Below are positions 47,626-61,239 of a DNA stretch of 64,000 nucleotides, in pieces. The stretch covers positions 142,786,001-142,850,000 of the forward strand of contig JBNRSN020000012.1 of assembly GCA_051313645.2 (NCBI GenBank), read 5' to 3'. The translations under genes were made by a program, and so were the position numbers. The notes below the pieces were generated by a model, which saw only the letters and a program-made list of their open reading frames with translations, did not search any database and was not told where the DNA came from. Every line of letters starts with the position of its first letter. The first letter of the stretch is position 1. The stretch is from Centroscyllium fabricii. Its lineage: Eukaryota.

Positions 47626-50254
47626 GCGAACATGAAGTTCTCCTGCTGTCCTAGCCAATACTCGTTCCTCGGCTAACATCACAAAATCAGGTTAGCTGAT
47701 TACTCATTTATTTTCTGTTTCGTCTGCATGGTTGATTGCATACCAACAGTTACTGCAATTTGAAAGTAATCTATTGCTTGTAAGACATTTTGCAATGTCC
47801 TGAAGAAGGTGCTATATGAATGCAATTTTTTTCTTTATCTACTGCATGGAAGGAACCTAACCAAAATCACTGAACATTACTGTGTTAAAATGCAGAGGTT
47901 TTATTTCCATAGTTACATAATCGAACCGCCATGGCTGCTATTGACATGAATGTTTCTGATTTGTTGTGGGGATTTTGAAATTGTCAATAATTTGTTTCAT
48001 TGTAAAACTGTGAAATTAGAATCTTAGGAACCATATCTGAGACAGCAATAAGCCCCTTATAGTGAACAGAACATCTGCTTGCTTGATGCAAACCTGGATT
48101 TATATGTCCACCTACAGACACAAGTTAAGCTGTTTCTTCTCTCTGTATGAATCACAAAGCCCTGGACTATAACAGGCCATTTTGAATTATGGCTGTCATT
48201 GTGCTATTCATGACATTTCAGCAAAATTTGAAAGAAAAGCCAAGCATGACACCTTAATTTCATTCCTGAACGATGACATCTTTATAGTGTGGAAGTCAGG
48301 ACATAAGTCAGTCATTGGCTCCAAGCAATCCTGAAGGCCACATGTTAGGCATACCTAGGAAGGAAGAAGATACCGCCAAACCACATTATAGGAGAATGTC
48401 AAGAACACTTGACATAACTGAGAAATGTAGTTGGAGGAAACAGCATGTCAAACTTTGTTGTTTCAAAAAATCTATAAAGAATCCCAACAACAAAACTTCA
48501 ATGACTGTTCATCCTGCCTGTTGAACTTTCCTAGACAATATCGTCACCCTTGCAATCAGCAGTTCGAAACAGGGTTAACCATTACCTCAAGTTGTTGCAG
48601 CCACTTCCATGATACATACCTTAACATACAATGTATATTTTAACATATGTATACACCTCAGCAAATCTTGTTAATAATACATAATTGACAATTGTTTCTT
48701 CTTTACCTCTCCTTTAACTAACATGTTAACATTTCAGGGTTGTTCTCTGACATTTTTGTATTCACAACAAAAGGGTTTCATAAATAGACCAAGCCTCCTA
48801 GAACCTGAAACTTTAAACATGCTGTATATGGAATAGTATGAAGGACGAGAAGAAAGAAGGAAATAAATAACTTGCATTTATATAGTGCCCTTCAAAGCCT
48901 CAGAATGTCACAAAGTGTTTTTCAAGACAAAGAGGTACTGTTGATGTGTCGTTACTGTTGTAATGTAGGAATTCACCCTGTGACTGGAGCATACTGTACA
49001 TTGGAAATTACATGCACTGCTCATTCCATTCTTCTGTCTTTCCCAAAAGGCAGAAAGCACCATGCTGACAGGCCAATGGATACAGGCTAAAATTACTAGG
49101 TCAGATTTAATTACAACTTGATTAACACAGAAGCCATTGATATTTAAATCGGCATAATATGTAAAACTGAAATCAGTCCTGAAGGGGTTATAATATGCTT
49201 TTTAAAATGTATTTTTTAAGAATCAGGTAAGTGATTAGTCATGCTTGTTTCATAGTAGGCCGTCCAATTGCAAGTGAATAATGCAATCCAGAGTTTGCAT
49301 TTCCTGCCAGCATTGTTGACTATTACTTATGGTTGTGGAACATGGAAGACGACTATGTGAGAATTCTGCTATACTTATTTTAGTCCAAAGTCATCCAAAG
49401 TCAGAGCTGTCAATCATCCATGATTAATGATAGAATGGTGCAAACCATTACAAAGAATACCAATCAGCAGCCTCTCACATTATTTGGTTTCCAAGTACAT
49501 GTTACTGCCTATGTAAACTTAATTAGCATGCAGAACAAAACCCCTGAATTCTAACTAATTTTCAGATCAATCAACTTGGTCCACTCCTGTAGACAATTTA
49601 TCCCAGCTTTCAATTTCAATATGGGTAAAAGAAGACACCTTCCATGTTTACACTAATTTAAAACTATTTGGTCTATTTTTTTAGGAAGCTCCTTATTCTG
49701 TTACTAGTCTTGTATCTAATAACCATGCCAAAAATCTTCTCTGATTTCTTTCAATAACTGCAACTGCTGTATTTGTTCCACCTTTTCCTACCACAAAATC
49801 TTTAACAATAACATTCTATTTGTTTAAATAGGTACAAATGCCTATTGATACAGATGTTGAACACACAACACTGGAGTACCCTTAGTAAAATGTATCAACA
49901 GAAGCACCGTCATTCGCTCAATTGAACAGCTGAGGGCTGCTGAATCTTTGGGGATTGAAATGTAAAATCACTTCAATCTGAATGAGCCCCGAGTTATTCT
50001 CACCATTGCGCACCGTGAGTGATATGAGGGAATCTCGTATTTGGAGAGTTTCAAAGCTCTGCTTCAGAACCTTGGAAGAATTGCTGCAGTTATTATTTGT
50101 TGAAAAATCATGATCACTTTCTTCCAACACCACCAAAATGGCTGAACTAATCATTTATTACTGTTTGTGGGATCTTGTTGTGCTCAAATTGACTGCTACC
50201 TTTGTCTGCATTAAAACAGTGCTGAGATTTTTTTAATTATGAGTTTTCTTTGCA

Positions 50255-51643
50255 GTTCAGAGAAGATTCACTGAGCTAATTCCTAAATTGAAGGGGTTGG
50301 CTTATGAGTAAAGGTTGAGCCTATGCATCGTTGGAGTTTAGAAGAATGAGAGGGGATCTTATTGAAACGTATAAGATTCTGAGGGGGCTTGACAGGGTAG
50401 ATGCACAGAGGATGTTTCCCCTCATGGGGGAATCTAGAACTAGGGGGCATAGTCTCAAAATAAGCGGTCACCCATTTAATACGGAGATGAGGAGGAATTT
50501 CTTCTCTCAGAGGGTGGTGAATCTTTGGAATTCTGTGCCCCAGAGAGCTGTGGAGGCTGAGTCAGTGAATACATTGGGCCCTGTCTTCCTGTGCTCCAGA
50601 AGAGCTGCACCCCCACGAAGGGGGGTCAGAAATGCCTCGTGGGTGTGCAGCTCGGGTGATTACCAGAAACGTGAACTTCCTGTGCTGATGGGCAAGGGGC
50701 TTCAGCTTCCTACCCAGGAAGACTTTGAGCTGCAGACTTCCTGTAGGCAGCTGCTCAAAATGCGGGTGTATCACATGGGGAAGTCTCTCTTTTGCTGCAC
50801 ATATAAAAAGCAGTCTTAAGAGGCTGCAGGCAGCTTTGAGAAGTGAAAAAAACACGTTTAAAGTTTTTTTTAAATTGATTCCTTTGGAGATATTTGTCTG
50901 TGGTCTTTCAGCTTGTAAATGGGTAGGGTTTTATATCTTTTGGTGAAAGTGAAAAAAAATCGGGATTTGAACGCGATGTCAGCCGCTCTGATGGGAATCA
51001 CAGCTGCTGACATTGCGTTCAAATCCCGATTTTTTTTCACTTTCACCAAAAGATATAAAACCCTACCCATTTACAAGCTGAAAGACCACAGACAAATATC
51101 TCCAAAGGAATCAAAAAAAAATTAACTTTAAACGTGTTTTTTTGACTGGAGCAGAAAAAAACCCTAACATCAGAAAAGGCAGAAACTTTAAAAAAACAGC
51201 TTCCTAGAAACTGAAAAAAACAAAAAAAAGGTGCTTCCCTTCCTGATATTCTTCATCCCGCAGGCCGATTCTGTGCTTCGTTCGGGGGGAAAGCCGACCT
51301 CAGTGGGCGTGGCTTGCACCCCGCACCAAAAAAAAGACGTCCCCTCCGCTGGAAAAAAACCCGGCATTTCCAACAGGAAGTTGCCGTCGGAAAAAAAAAA
51401 AAAAGTACGTGCGCGTGCGCCGCGGGTGCTCGGGAGCGCGCACCAGCGGCAAACGGGCCACAGGAAGACATGGCCCAATAAAGGTGGAGATAGATAGATT
51501 TTTGAAAGGGAAGGGAGTCAAGGGTTATGGGGAGCAGGCAGGAATCTGGAGTTGAGGCCAAGATCAGATCAGCCAAGATCTTATTGAATGACGGAGTAGG
51601 GGCCAAATGGCCTACTCCTGCTCCTATTTCTTATGTTCTTATG
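50255..51643 (+). mobile_element. CR1 LINE 3' fragment interrupted by MITE 50576-51476
   Basis: EFRRMRGDLIETYKIL...FFSQRVVNLWNS; resumes at 51477; TTATGTTCTTATG tail. Confidence 0.85.
50576..51476. mobile_element. MITE, TIR GGGCCCTGTCTTCCTGTG, with about 300-bp internal palindrome
   Basis: TIRs with one mismatch; inverted repeat about 50846-51142. Confidence 0.85.
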
Positions 51644-51755
51644 TTTTTACTAATTATCCATTGGTTGTGAAGCACTTTGGAATGCCTTGGGACTGCGAAG
51701 TTATTTCTTTTTTAATGCAGTGACAATGTTGCTACCCTTTACAACCAGAGCAATA

Positions 51756-52080
51756 CAGGTTGAGCATCGGTAATCCGGCACCCGATGGTTCGGCACCTTC
51801 AGTGGTTCGGCATGAATCGAAACCGGCGGTCTTCAGTTTGCGGAGCAGCCGCTCGGTGGCACCACCATTTCCCGCGAAGGGTGGGCGAGCACCAAAGGCA
51901 TCGGGCGTTTGGGTTTCTGCTTTCTAGTGTGCTATCCCCAGGCTCCTTCCCGGGGAGTGTTCTACCCGCGTTCTCCGAGCCCCAGGGAGTGTTCTACCCG
52001 CGCGCTCTGGGCCCCAGGGAGTGTTCTACCCCTGAACCTTCAGTGGTTCGGAATTTTCAATGGTCCGGCACCGGCATGGT
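51756..52080. mobile_element. Tc1/mariner-type MITE, one TIR lost
   Basis: TA+CAGGTTGAGCATCGGTAATCCGGCACCC; related to 55240-55948. Confidence 0.65.
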
Positions 52081-52943
52081 ACTTCCCATTGACCTTTTAA
52101 GGTCCCAGGGTCGGATCTTAGAACTGAAAAAATAAGAACATTTTCCAAAAACTATTGTCCTAGAATTGACACTCAGCATACGGCGTCATAAACCTTCTGA
52201 AAGGCCCCTCAGGTTCTGAGTTTCCGCACGCTGTGCATGCGTGAAAATCCAGAACTTGCGACCTGTCAAGATACGCCTTGACAGATCTAGTGAACCAACT
52301 GAGGCACAGAGTTGGGCTATTTGCCCAACTACTGCCCATCAAATGCCCACGAAACTCTTACAGCTGGTAGAAGCAGGCATTGGGCCTGATTTCACCAGTG
52401 CAAAGGTTAATATAAATCTTAAATTAAAAATTTGTAAATGATGCACAAGCTCTTAAAATTACTTTATGCAAATTTTGGCCCGGATTAAAATGTTTAAAAT
52501 TATTCTTCAAAAAATTTAACTTTTATTGTATTTGCTGTATTGAAGGGACTTTTGATTAAATTTGAAAATGAGAACATTTATTTTTATTAGAATTGTCTAA
52601 ATTCTTTAATTATTTGGGGAGTCCATTGCATGTCATTAGGGGATTCTGCTCGAAAACGATTGCAATGTAATCCTGCTTTCTCATTGGAGGAGCTGGTCAC
52701 TTGATCCCAGGGACTCTTCCGAACCAGCAGTACCCCTGGGATCCGTGGGTCTTTACGCAGGCCTACGCCTGGAGGCCCACGACCCAAACTCTCCATAGCT
52801 GTGGAGCCAGGAGGTGAGCTGGGAAATATTTTGCGGGTTGGAGGCATACTCCGGAGGTACACCTACGACCGTAAATTCAGGGCCATCAAAAACAATTATT
52901 TATCAGCCAAGTACTTGCGACATGGAAAACCCCAGAAGAATGG

Positions 52944-53348
52944 ATAGAAACATAGAAACATAGAAACTAGGAGCAGGAGTAGACCATTCGGCCCTTCGAG
53001 CCTGCTCCGCCATTCAATGAGATCATGGCTGATCATCCAAACCCAGTACCCTGTCCCTGCCTTGTCCCCATATCCCTCAATCCCTATCGAGCCTGCATCG
53101 ACACATATCCCACCCTATCCCCGTAACCCCACATATTCAATCCCCCTAACACTATGGGTCAATTTTATCCTGGCCAATCAACCTAACCCGCACATCTTTG
53201 GACTGTGGGAGGAAACCGGAGCACCCGGAGGAAACCCACGCAGACACGGGGAGAATGTGCAAACTCCACACAGATAGTACCCGAGGCTGGATTTGAACCC
53301 GGGTCTCCAGTGCTGTGAGACAGCAGTGCTAACCACTAAGCCACCGTG
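52944..53348 (-). mobile_element. V-SINE (HE1-like), same subfamily as 46567-46972
   Basis: Colinear and highly similar to 46567-46972. Confidence 0.85.
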
Positions 53349-53713
53349 TCTGGGACAATGGGCCAAATACCTTTGCTCATCCTTGACCTTTTCTTTCTTA
53401 CATTCTTATAAATTTTACCCAAGCCTCGATGGGAAAGCACATCACATTTGCTGCTCCTAACTTTATCACCACATATTTATTGGATTTAATCTCAGCTTTG
53501 AAGTCGCCAGCCCGGTCCAGATTTATAGCCTAACCTCAGATGTGACAAGGGCAGCATATGCACTAAAACCATTACTGCGTCAACAACAGCTGGAAGAGTG
53601 CAACTTGAAAAGTGGAAGCAACTGCAAGAGGCACTGCATGAAAGTGTCAGCCTTGATTGTTTGCTCAAGTCCCACAGTGGGACTGAATCATGGCCTCTGA
53701 CTCAGAAACTTGT

Positions 53714-54501
53714 GGGGGGGGAATTTCATGTCCCCGTAAGGTGGTGTTTTCGGCAGCCCGGCCGGCAAAATAGCGGAACCGGCGGGTCTCGACCTCTCTC
53801 GCCGTATCCCCACCGCTTTCTCATTTTCCCCGCCCAGATTCCCCGCCCCGAAACCTTCCCGCCGCCGGCCAGCGGGGATGGGTTGTCACCTCGTTAAGGG
53901 CCCTTAATTGGCATCTTTAATGCCATTTTAAGGGCCCTCAGCCATTTTGCCCTGTTTCCCGCCCTAACCACGTCACCTTAAACCCCGCTGGGTGAAACCC
54001 AGCGGAAGCACAGCGCTGGTTATTACTTTCTCCTTCAAAGTGTGAAGGACATGCTGCCAAATGCTTTGCATGCCTCCAGCACCTTAGAGGAGTAGGTTAC
54101 TCTGTGCTGGCTGCAGCAGCTGTGAGCAGAAACTGAGAAACCTCAGCTCTGCACATTTCCTGACAGCCGGTGCGAGCTGTCAAGGATTCTGGGCCCACCC
54201 GCCCACCTGTCAGTCACCAGCACTTGACCTTTCCCATTGGTTCCACTCGACTGTGATGTCACAGTGGAATGTTTCCATGGGAATTGTCAACAACCAGTGC
54301 TGGAACTGTCAATCAAACTCCTCGCAGCCCCGATGCAGCCTGACTCGATTGACTTAATTACCTCCCACTGCCGCCGGCGTGGATTTAACAACCCAATTAA
54401 ATTAAAATTGCATGGTCTTCCCAGCTGTTTGGGCAGGCAGGACAGGAAGCCGCCCAGACCAATCCCCGCCAGGTTCCCGCCCTTCTGACAAAGTCACCCC
54501 C
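53714..54501. mobile_element. Non-autonomous Harbinger (MITE)
   Basis: First about 280 bp resemble 2144-2420; inverse homolog of 16779-17561. Confidence 0.8.
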
Positions 54502-55239
54502 AAGAACACTACCTCTAAGTCAAACTAATACTTGGTTCATGAAAACTGTAATTCGCTGCAAACATGAATAAGAAGCAATTCTGGAGCCCAAAATGTAACC
54601 TCTCTCACTATAATATGCTTGTGCTTTTCTTTCCCGCAAATGGACTTCAGAAGAGTCGACTTTGCAGGTTTGCAATAATGTTTGGGAGATTTACAGTGGA
54701 AAATTGAGAAATATTTAAGGTAACGTGATATGATTGAACCTGGTTCCTGATAAATTAAAGCAGACTAAAGGATAGAAGCGAATGTGCTTAAATAGAAGTT
54801 TAAAGACTAGTTTTGGGATCACCAGACTACTTTCAAACTGTAAAAGGAATCCAGTCAACAGGAGGATTGTGTGAATTATTAAGACAAGTGAAATCACGTG
54901 AGGTTTAATGGGTGAACACATTAATATAACGTTTTTAAGGGATTCCGAATGGAATCAGAAAAGTTCAAGAAATTCCTCCTCATCTCAGTTCTAAAAGGAC
55001 GACCCTTTATTCTGAAACTATGCCCCGAATTCTGGATTTTCCCACGAGGGGAAACATCCTCTCTGCATCTACCTTGTCGAGCCCCCTCAGTATCTTATAA
55101 GTTTCAATAAGATCCCCTCTCATTCTTCTAAACTCCAAAGAGTATAGACCCAACCTGCTCAACCTTTCTTCATAAGTCAATCCCTTCATCTCAGGAATCA
55201 ACCGTGTGAATCGACTCTAAACTGCCTCCAATGCAAGTA

Positions 55240-55948
55240 TAGGTTGGGCACCGGTAATCCGGCACCCTCAGGACCAGGCCGGTGCTGGACCATTGAAATT
55301 GCCAGACCACTGAAGGTTCTGGTAGAATGCGTGGGTAGAACACTACCCGGGGATGGAACACTTAAACGGTGATTCAAAACCACGCAACCTTTGCTGAAAC
55401 CAATTAATATAAATTTCAGTGAAGACTATACAACCAGCACAGGGTTTTGTTCAGTGGAGGATTGGAGGGTAGAGCACACTGACCCTTTTTAGGGGCAATT
55501 CCACAAACCCCCACTTTAGGCGGAATTTTGCCAGCGCTCAGAGAACGGGTTTGGAGACGGGACCGCTGTCAAAATCAAAAAGATTGACAGCGGGCCGGTA
55601 TCCTGCTCTGAACCCGCCTCCTTGTCAGTTTCCCGAGTGCCGGTTCTGCCTGCGCTTTGCAGACACGGCACTGAGCGGCGGGTCATTCAATTGTGCTTGT
55701 TAGGAGGGTGTTTAAATTAACTAAATCCCCATTTTCCCAGCTCCAAAGCATTTTCCCAATTTTTCCATGAGGTTTCCATCACTCAGGGATCACGCCAGGT
55801 AAGTATGTCAGGATGTGTCTGTAGATGCAGGGCACTGTGTGCTTGCTTGAAAGCGTTGGACGCCGAGCGACTCCGCAAACTGAAGAATTCGTGCCAGACC
55901 ACTGAAGGTGCCGGAGAATCGGGTGCCGGATTACCAGTGCCCAACCTG
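55240..55948. mobile_element. Tc1/mariner-type MITE inserted in CR1
   Basis: TIR AGGTTGGGCACCGGTAATCCGGCACCC / GGGTGCCGGATTACCAGTGCCCAACCTG, TA/TA flanks. Confidence 0.85.
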
Positions 55949-57287
55949 TATATCCTTCCTTAAATAAGGAGACCAAAACTGTACACAGTATTCAAGGTGT
56001 GGTCTCACCAATAGCCTATGCAGTTGTAGCAGGACTTTCCTGTTTTTATACTCCAACCCCCTTGCAATAAAGGCCAACATTCCATTTGCCTTTTTGATTA
56101 CTTGCTGTACCTGCATGCTAACTTGTTGTGTTTCATGCACAAGGACCTCCTGGTCCCTCTGAACTGTAGCATTTTGTAATCTCTCTCCATTTAAATAATA
56201 ATTAGCTTTTTTATTTTTCCTGCCAAAGTGGATAACCTCGCACTTTCCCACATTATACTCCATCTGCCAAATGTTTGCCCGTTCACTTAGCCTGTCTATA
56301 TCCCTTTGCAGATTCTTTGAGTCCTCTGCACAACTTGCTTTCCCACCTATCTTTTTTTCATCCACAAACATGGCTACATTACACTTGGTCCCTTCATTCA
56401 AGTCATTAATGTAGATTGTAAATAATTGAGGCCCCGGCACCGATCCCTATGGCATCCCACTAGCTACCATTTGCCAACTGGAAAATGACCCATTTATCCT
56501 GGCTCTGCTTTCTGTTAGTTAGCCAATTCTCTCTCCATGCTAATATATTACCCCTAACTCCGTGAGCTCTTATCTTATGCAGTAACCTTCTATGTGGCAC
56601 CTTATCGAATGTCTTCTGGAAATCCAAATACACCACAACCACTGGCTCACCCTTATCCACCCTGCTCGTTACATCCTCAAAGAACTCCAGCAAATTTGGT
56701 AAACATGATTTCCCTTTCATAAAACCATGCTGACTCTGCTTGACTGTATTATGATTTTCCAAATGCCCTGCTACTGCTTCCTTAAAGAAGGACTCCAGCA
56801 TTTTCCCAACGACAGATGTTAGGCTAAACTGGTCTATAGTTTCCTGCTTTCTGTCTCCCTCCTTTCTTAAGTAGGCGTGTTATATTTGCGGTGTTCCAAT
56901 CCACTGGGACCTCTCCAGAGTCCAGGGAATTTTGGTATATTGCAACCAATGCATCCACTATCTCTGCAGCCACTTCTTTTAAGACCTTGGGATGCAGGCC
57001 ATCTGGTCCAGGGGACTTGTCGTCTTTCAGTCCCATTATTTTACCGAACACCTTTTCCCTTAGTGATAGTAATTGTCGTTAGTTCTCCCTTCCCTGTGGC
57101 CCCTTGATTATCAATTATTGGGATGTTGTTCGTGTCTTCTACCATGAAGACTGATACAAAATATTTGTTCAGAGTTTCTGCCATTTCCCCGTTCCCCATT
57201 ATTAATTCCCCATTCTCATCCTCTAAGAGAAAGCCATTTACTTTAGTTACTCTGTAGCTAAAGTACGCTAGCCACTGCGCCACCACT

Positions 57288-57403
57288 GCACGGTGACACA
57301 GTGGTTAGCACTGCTGCCTCGCAATAAGGAGCTCCTGGGTTCGAATCCTGCTTGGCCCAGGACCTCTCTGCGTGGAGTTTGCATGTTCTCCCCGTGTTCG
57401 TGT

Positions 57404-57434
<31 letters not shown>

Positions 57435-57667
57435 ACCACCCAAAGACATGCAGGTTAGGTGAATTGGAGATACTAAAAAAAAAAAATGCCCATGAGTATG
57501 TGTGTGAGATATAGTTCTTAGAGCTGGGGGTGTCGGGGGATATGGGGAGAGGGTAGGAGGGGGGTGCTGGGTTTGGATGATCAGCCATGATCTCATCAAA
57601 AATGGAGGAGCAGGCTCGAAGGGCCGAATGGCCTACTCCTGCTCCTACCTTCTGTGTTTCTGTGTTT
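57288..57667 (+). mobile_element. V-SINE (HE1-like) inserted in CR1
   Basis: B box GGTTCGAATCC, V-domain, CR1-type tail. Confidence 0.85.
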
Positions 57668-57764
57668 CTCTCTTCCTTTTTATATACCTGTAGAAGCTCT
57701 TACTATCTGTTTTAATATTTCATGCCAGATTACACTCATAATTCACCTTCTCTCTCTTTATTAT

Positions 57765-58036
57765 TGTGGTAAACCACTGTATGTTGTATATAGATATCTC
57801 CCCCTTGTGTCCCCTCCCTGTAACTGCACATAATGGCTCCTTGCCAGGGAGGACTCACCTGGGAGGACTCCGCTCCCCGGCTTCCTCGCCAGGCTCCGCC
57901 CACTGGGTATAAAAGTGAGAGCACACCTGAGTGCTCTCACTTTGGCTTGGAAGACCGTCAGACCTGTGTCATCTTCTATGTGAATAAAAGCCTCGATTAC
58001 ATCTAACCTCCGACTGGAGTAATTGATTGTGCATCA
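57765..58036 (+). repeat. Solo LTR related to the YLDN Gypsy family
   Basis: TGTGGTAAAC..GCATCA, 5-bp TSD ATTAT, TATAAAA, AATAAAAGCC. Confidence 0.88.
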
Positions 58037-58399
58037 ATTATGTTTTTAGTCATCCTTTGCTGGTTTTTAAAAATGTCCTAATCGTCTGGCCTCCCACCAA
58101 TCTTGGCAACATTGTATGCCTTCATTTTCAATTTGATTAAAATTTGAGTAAAATGCAGACAGTTTTTGAAATCAGCTTAAATTATATTTTTGAGCAGGTG
58201 AAAGGGTAAGCAGACAAACCAGTTGATTGAGTTTCTTTGAGCAGTCTTTCTTAGCAGACCCTTCAAGGAATAGATCATGGATTCTGCTTGGTAGCTACCA
58301 TCACTTGATCCCTACCTGTCTCATTTGGAATGACGTAGTTGCATATGCTGCTGCATCTGTTGTGGCTCGATCAGAATTACAACTAACTGGACTATTAAG

Positions 58400-60014
58400 A
58401 GGGTAATTTTCATTGAATCGTGGAGTTGGGATTGGAGGTGTGTGGGGGGTTAAAGTCTCGAATTCGGGGGTCCCGACACCATCCTGCACCTAACCCACCT
58501 CCATGTCAGTTTCAAAGGAGGCGGGTACCCGCCCCGCACTGGGACCTGCCTAACCGGTGGGAAGGGATTAGTGCCAATTAACTGCCTGTTAACAGTTAGT
58601 TAACAGGCAATTTTTAGCCTAATCCCTATTTTAAATGTTGAAGTGTGAGTTTCCCGACAGCTCCAAACCACGCCAAGTTAGAGGAGTCGGGCCGTCGGGT
58701 TGAAGGACTTGGAGGGGTTGAGATGTCAGTGTTCAGGTGAGTGATGTGTGCAGAAAACATAGAAACATAGAAGATAGGAGCAGGAGTAGGCCATTCGGCC
58801 CCTCGAGCCTGCTCCGCCATTAAATGCGATCATGGCTGATCATCCAAATTCAGTACTCTGTCCCTGCTTTCTCCCCATATCCCTTGATCCCTTTAGCCAT
58901 AAGAAATATACCCAACTCCTTCTTGAATATATTTAATGAATTGGCCTCTACTGCCTTCTGTGGTACAGAATTTCACAGGTTCACCACTCTCTGGGTGAAG
59001 AAATTCCTCCTCATCTTTGTGCTAATTGGCTTACCCCTTATCCTTAGACTGTGACCCCTGGTTCTGGACTCCTCCACCATCGGGAACATCCTTCCTGCAT
59101 CTAGTCTGTCCAGTCCTGTTAGAATTTTATAAGTTTCAATGACATCCCCTCTCATTCTTCTAAACTCCAGCAAGTACAAGCCCAATCGACCCAATCTCTC
59201 CTCATACGTCATTCCTGCCATCGCAGGTATCAGCCTGCTGAATCTTTGCTGCACTCCTTCCATGGCAAGAACATCCTTCCTCAGATAAGGCAACCAAAAT
59301 TGCACACAATACTCAAGGTGTGGTCTCACCAAGGCCCTGTACAACTGCAGCAAGACATCCTTGTTCCTGTACTCAAACCCACTCGCTACGAAGGCCAAAA
59401 TACCATTTGCCTTCTTAACCGCCTGCTGCACCTGCATGCTTACCTTCAGCAACTGGTGCATAAGGATGCCCAGGTCTCGTTGCACTTCCCCTTCTCCCAA
59501 TCTATTGCAATTCAAATAATAATCTGCCTTCTTGTTTTTGACACCAAAGTGGATCACCTCACATTTATTCATCTGTCATGCTTCTGCCCAATCACCCAAC
59601 CTGTCCAAATCATACTGGAGTTTCTCGGCATCCTCCTCACAGCACACATGCCCACCCAGATTTGTGTCGTCTGCAAACTTGTGCAAAGGAAAGTGTGTTT
59701 GGTGTGTCTAAAGTGATTAAATAAGTTTAACATACCTTTTCTTACCTTTTCAGCCTTCCTTCCTTTAGGCTTCAGGAGTGCCTCATCTAACTGGCACAGA
59801 AAGCAGAATGGCTGTGATCTTTCAAAAGTGCTGGTGAGATTTCTAACTGAGTCTGTGTAGAAGGACTCAGGTTAGAAGTAAGACTGTCAGTGTTTGACAG
59901 CTTAACCCTAACCCGCTGGGCGGGCTCAACAAGATCAATCGCGATGGAGGCGGTACTACAACCCCAAAAGTTGTAGTCCCGCCTCCTTCCCGACTTCACA
60001 ATGAAAATCACCCC
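58400..60014. mobile_element. Non-autonomous Harbinger-type element split by a CR1
   Basis: TIR AGGGTAATTTTCATTG / CAATGAAAATCACCCC. Confidence 0.7.
58753..59679 (-). mobile_element. CR1 LINE 3' fragment
   Basis: ORF 58973-59572 with KCEVIHFG and RPHLEYCVQFW; (TTTCTATG)n tail. Confidence 0.9.
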
Positions 60015-60729
60015 ATAATGTCCAAAATATATATTTCTCACAACCTTTGAAATGCAGCCTTATCATTTGAGACGTCAATTCGCCAGGGTACTCCCACAAT
60101 GTTCCCAGCTGCATTAACACATAAACAAAATGTGTGTCAAAGTTCAGGGAGGGCTGGGGTTGCTGATGAGAGCTATGAGGGCTGAGAACCATGACGTGGA
60201 AGAGAGATACTATAAGCCAAGTCCGCAATGTTAGCAGGCAGCAATGGGACCAGAACATGCTTCATCTCTCTCGATAAATGTTGATTCCTGATACTGACCA
60301 CACATTATCCAGCAGCTTTAAGAATGCTTGACAAATCCCTCCCAGCCAAGCTTTCTATCTTTGGAGATCTCAGCACAGAGGCAGAAGAGAAATGTCGGCT
60401 GGTAGGAGGAATTGATTTAGCACAGGAACACCAGAAAACAGCTGGCAAAAATTTCAGAAAATGCTGGGAATTCAGATCTTTCTGCATGGTTCACAGCACA
60501 AAAAGGCAAGAGAGACCCTGCAAATAGTCAAGCTCTTATCCAAGTGTCATGGGGTGCCTTTGACAGAAGGGAGGACCGGAGCAGATTGTTTAAAGCAGAG
60601 ACCTCGATTTTGCTCTGTGATACCAAAACACAATCCTTCAGGAGGGATCAAAACAAACATCTATGGCGACTGATATATTCAGAAAGTTGCCTTGGGATGC
60701 TGGGGTGTAGCTCACCAGCCGTCTTAGCT

Positions 60730-61207
60730 CCCCTCAAAACAACTTTGCAGCCGTTGTTTTGACCATTGGTGGTTGTGCCTTCAGCCGCCCAGGTCCTAAA
60801 CTCTGGAATTCCCTCCCTAAACTTCTCTGTGATGTTATTTAAGGATCAGATGGGAGGCCAACACTTAGTTCCAATGGAGCTTCTTTATTCAGGTCTCATA
60901 CACTGCCACTCCAAGCCTCAACTGAGGCGTGGCTTAAGATGGCGTCGGCTCCCGCCACTCGGGCGTGACGTCAGACGTAAGTCAAGCCGGAGCTGTCTTT
61001 ATGCCAGTCACAGCAATCCTTACATTCTCCACCTCTTTCTCCTCCTTTAAGAGGTTCCTTAAAACCTACCTCTTCATGGAAGATTTTGGTCACCTGCCCT
61101 AATATCTTCTATGTGGCTTGGTGTCAGATTTTGTCTGACAGCACTCCTCTGAAGCACCTTGTGACATTTTACAACATTAAAGGTGCTATATAAATTCAAG
61201 TTGTTGT
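60730..61207 (+). mobile_element. L2 LINE 3' end, split by a solo LTR
   Basis: GPKLWNSLP-like remnant, CTTAAAACCTACCTCTT, tail AAAGGTGCTATATAAAT. Confidence 0.7.
60828..61024 (-). repeat. Short solo LTR (197 bp)
   Basis: TG..CA termini, 5-bp TSD TTCTC, AATAAA on the minus strand. Confidence 0.8.
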
Positions 61208-61239
61208 TAACTAAGCTAAAATTATCCTGGATAGATTGT

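Larger units (their letters stand above)
41690..47830 (+). mobile_element. Old Deu-domain SINE (SacSINE1/AmnSINE1-like) split by three later insertions
   Basis: Pieces 41690-41857 (GGAGGTGCCATCTTTCAGAT), 46559-46566, 46973-46988 and 47625-47830 (L2-like tail GGTGCTATATGAATGCAA). Confidence 0.7.
54975..58135 (-). mobile_element. CR1 LINE ORF2 remnant, interrupted by a MITE, a SINE and a solo LTR
   Basis: KSPGPDGLHP, GNYRPV, QHGFMKGKSC, YLDFQKTFDKVPH, RPHLEYCVQFWSP. Confidence 0.9.

Noticed and set aside
50870-51125. Near-identical ORFs on both strands
   Set aside because: Artefact of the MITE palindrome
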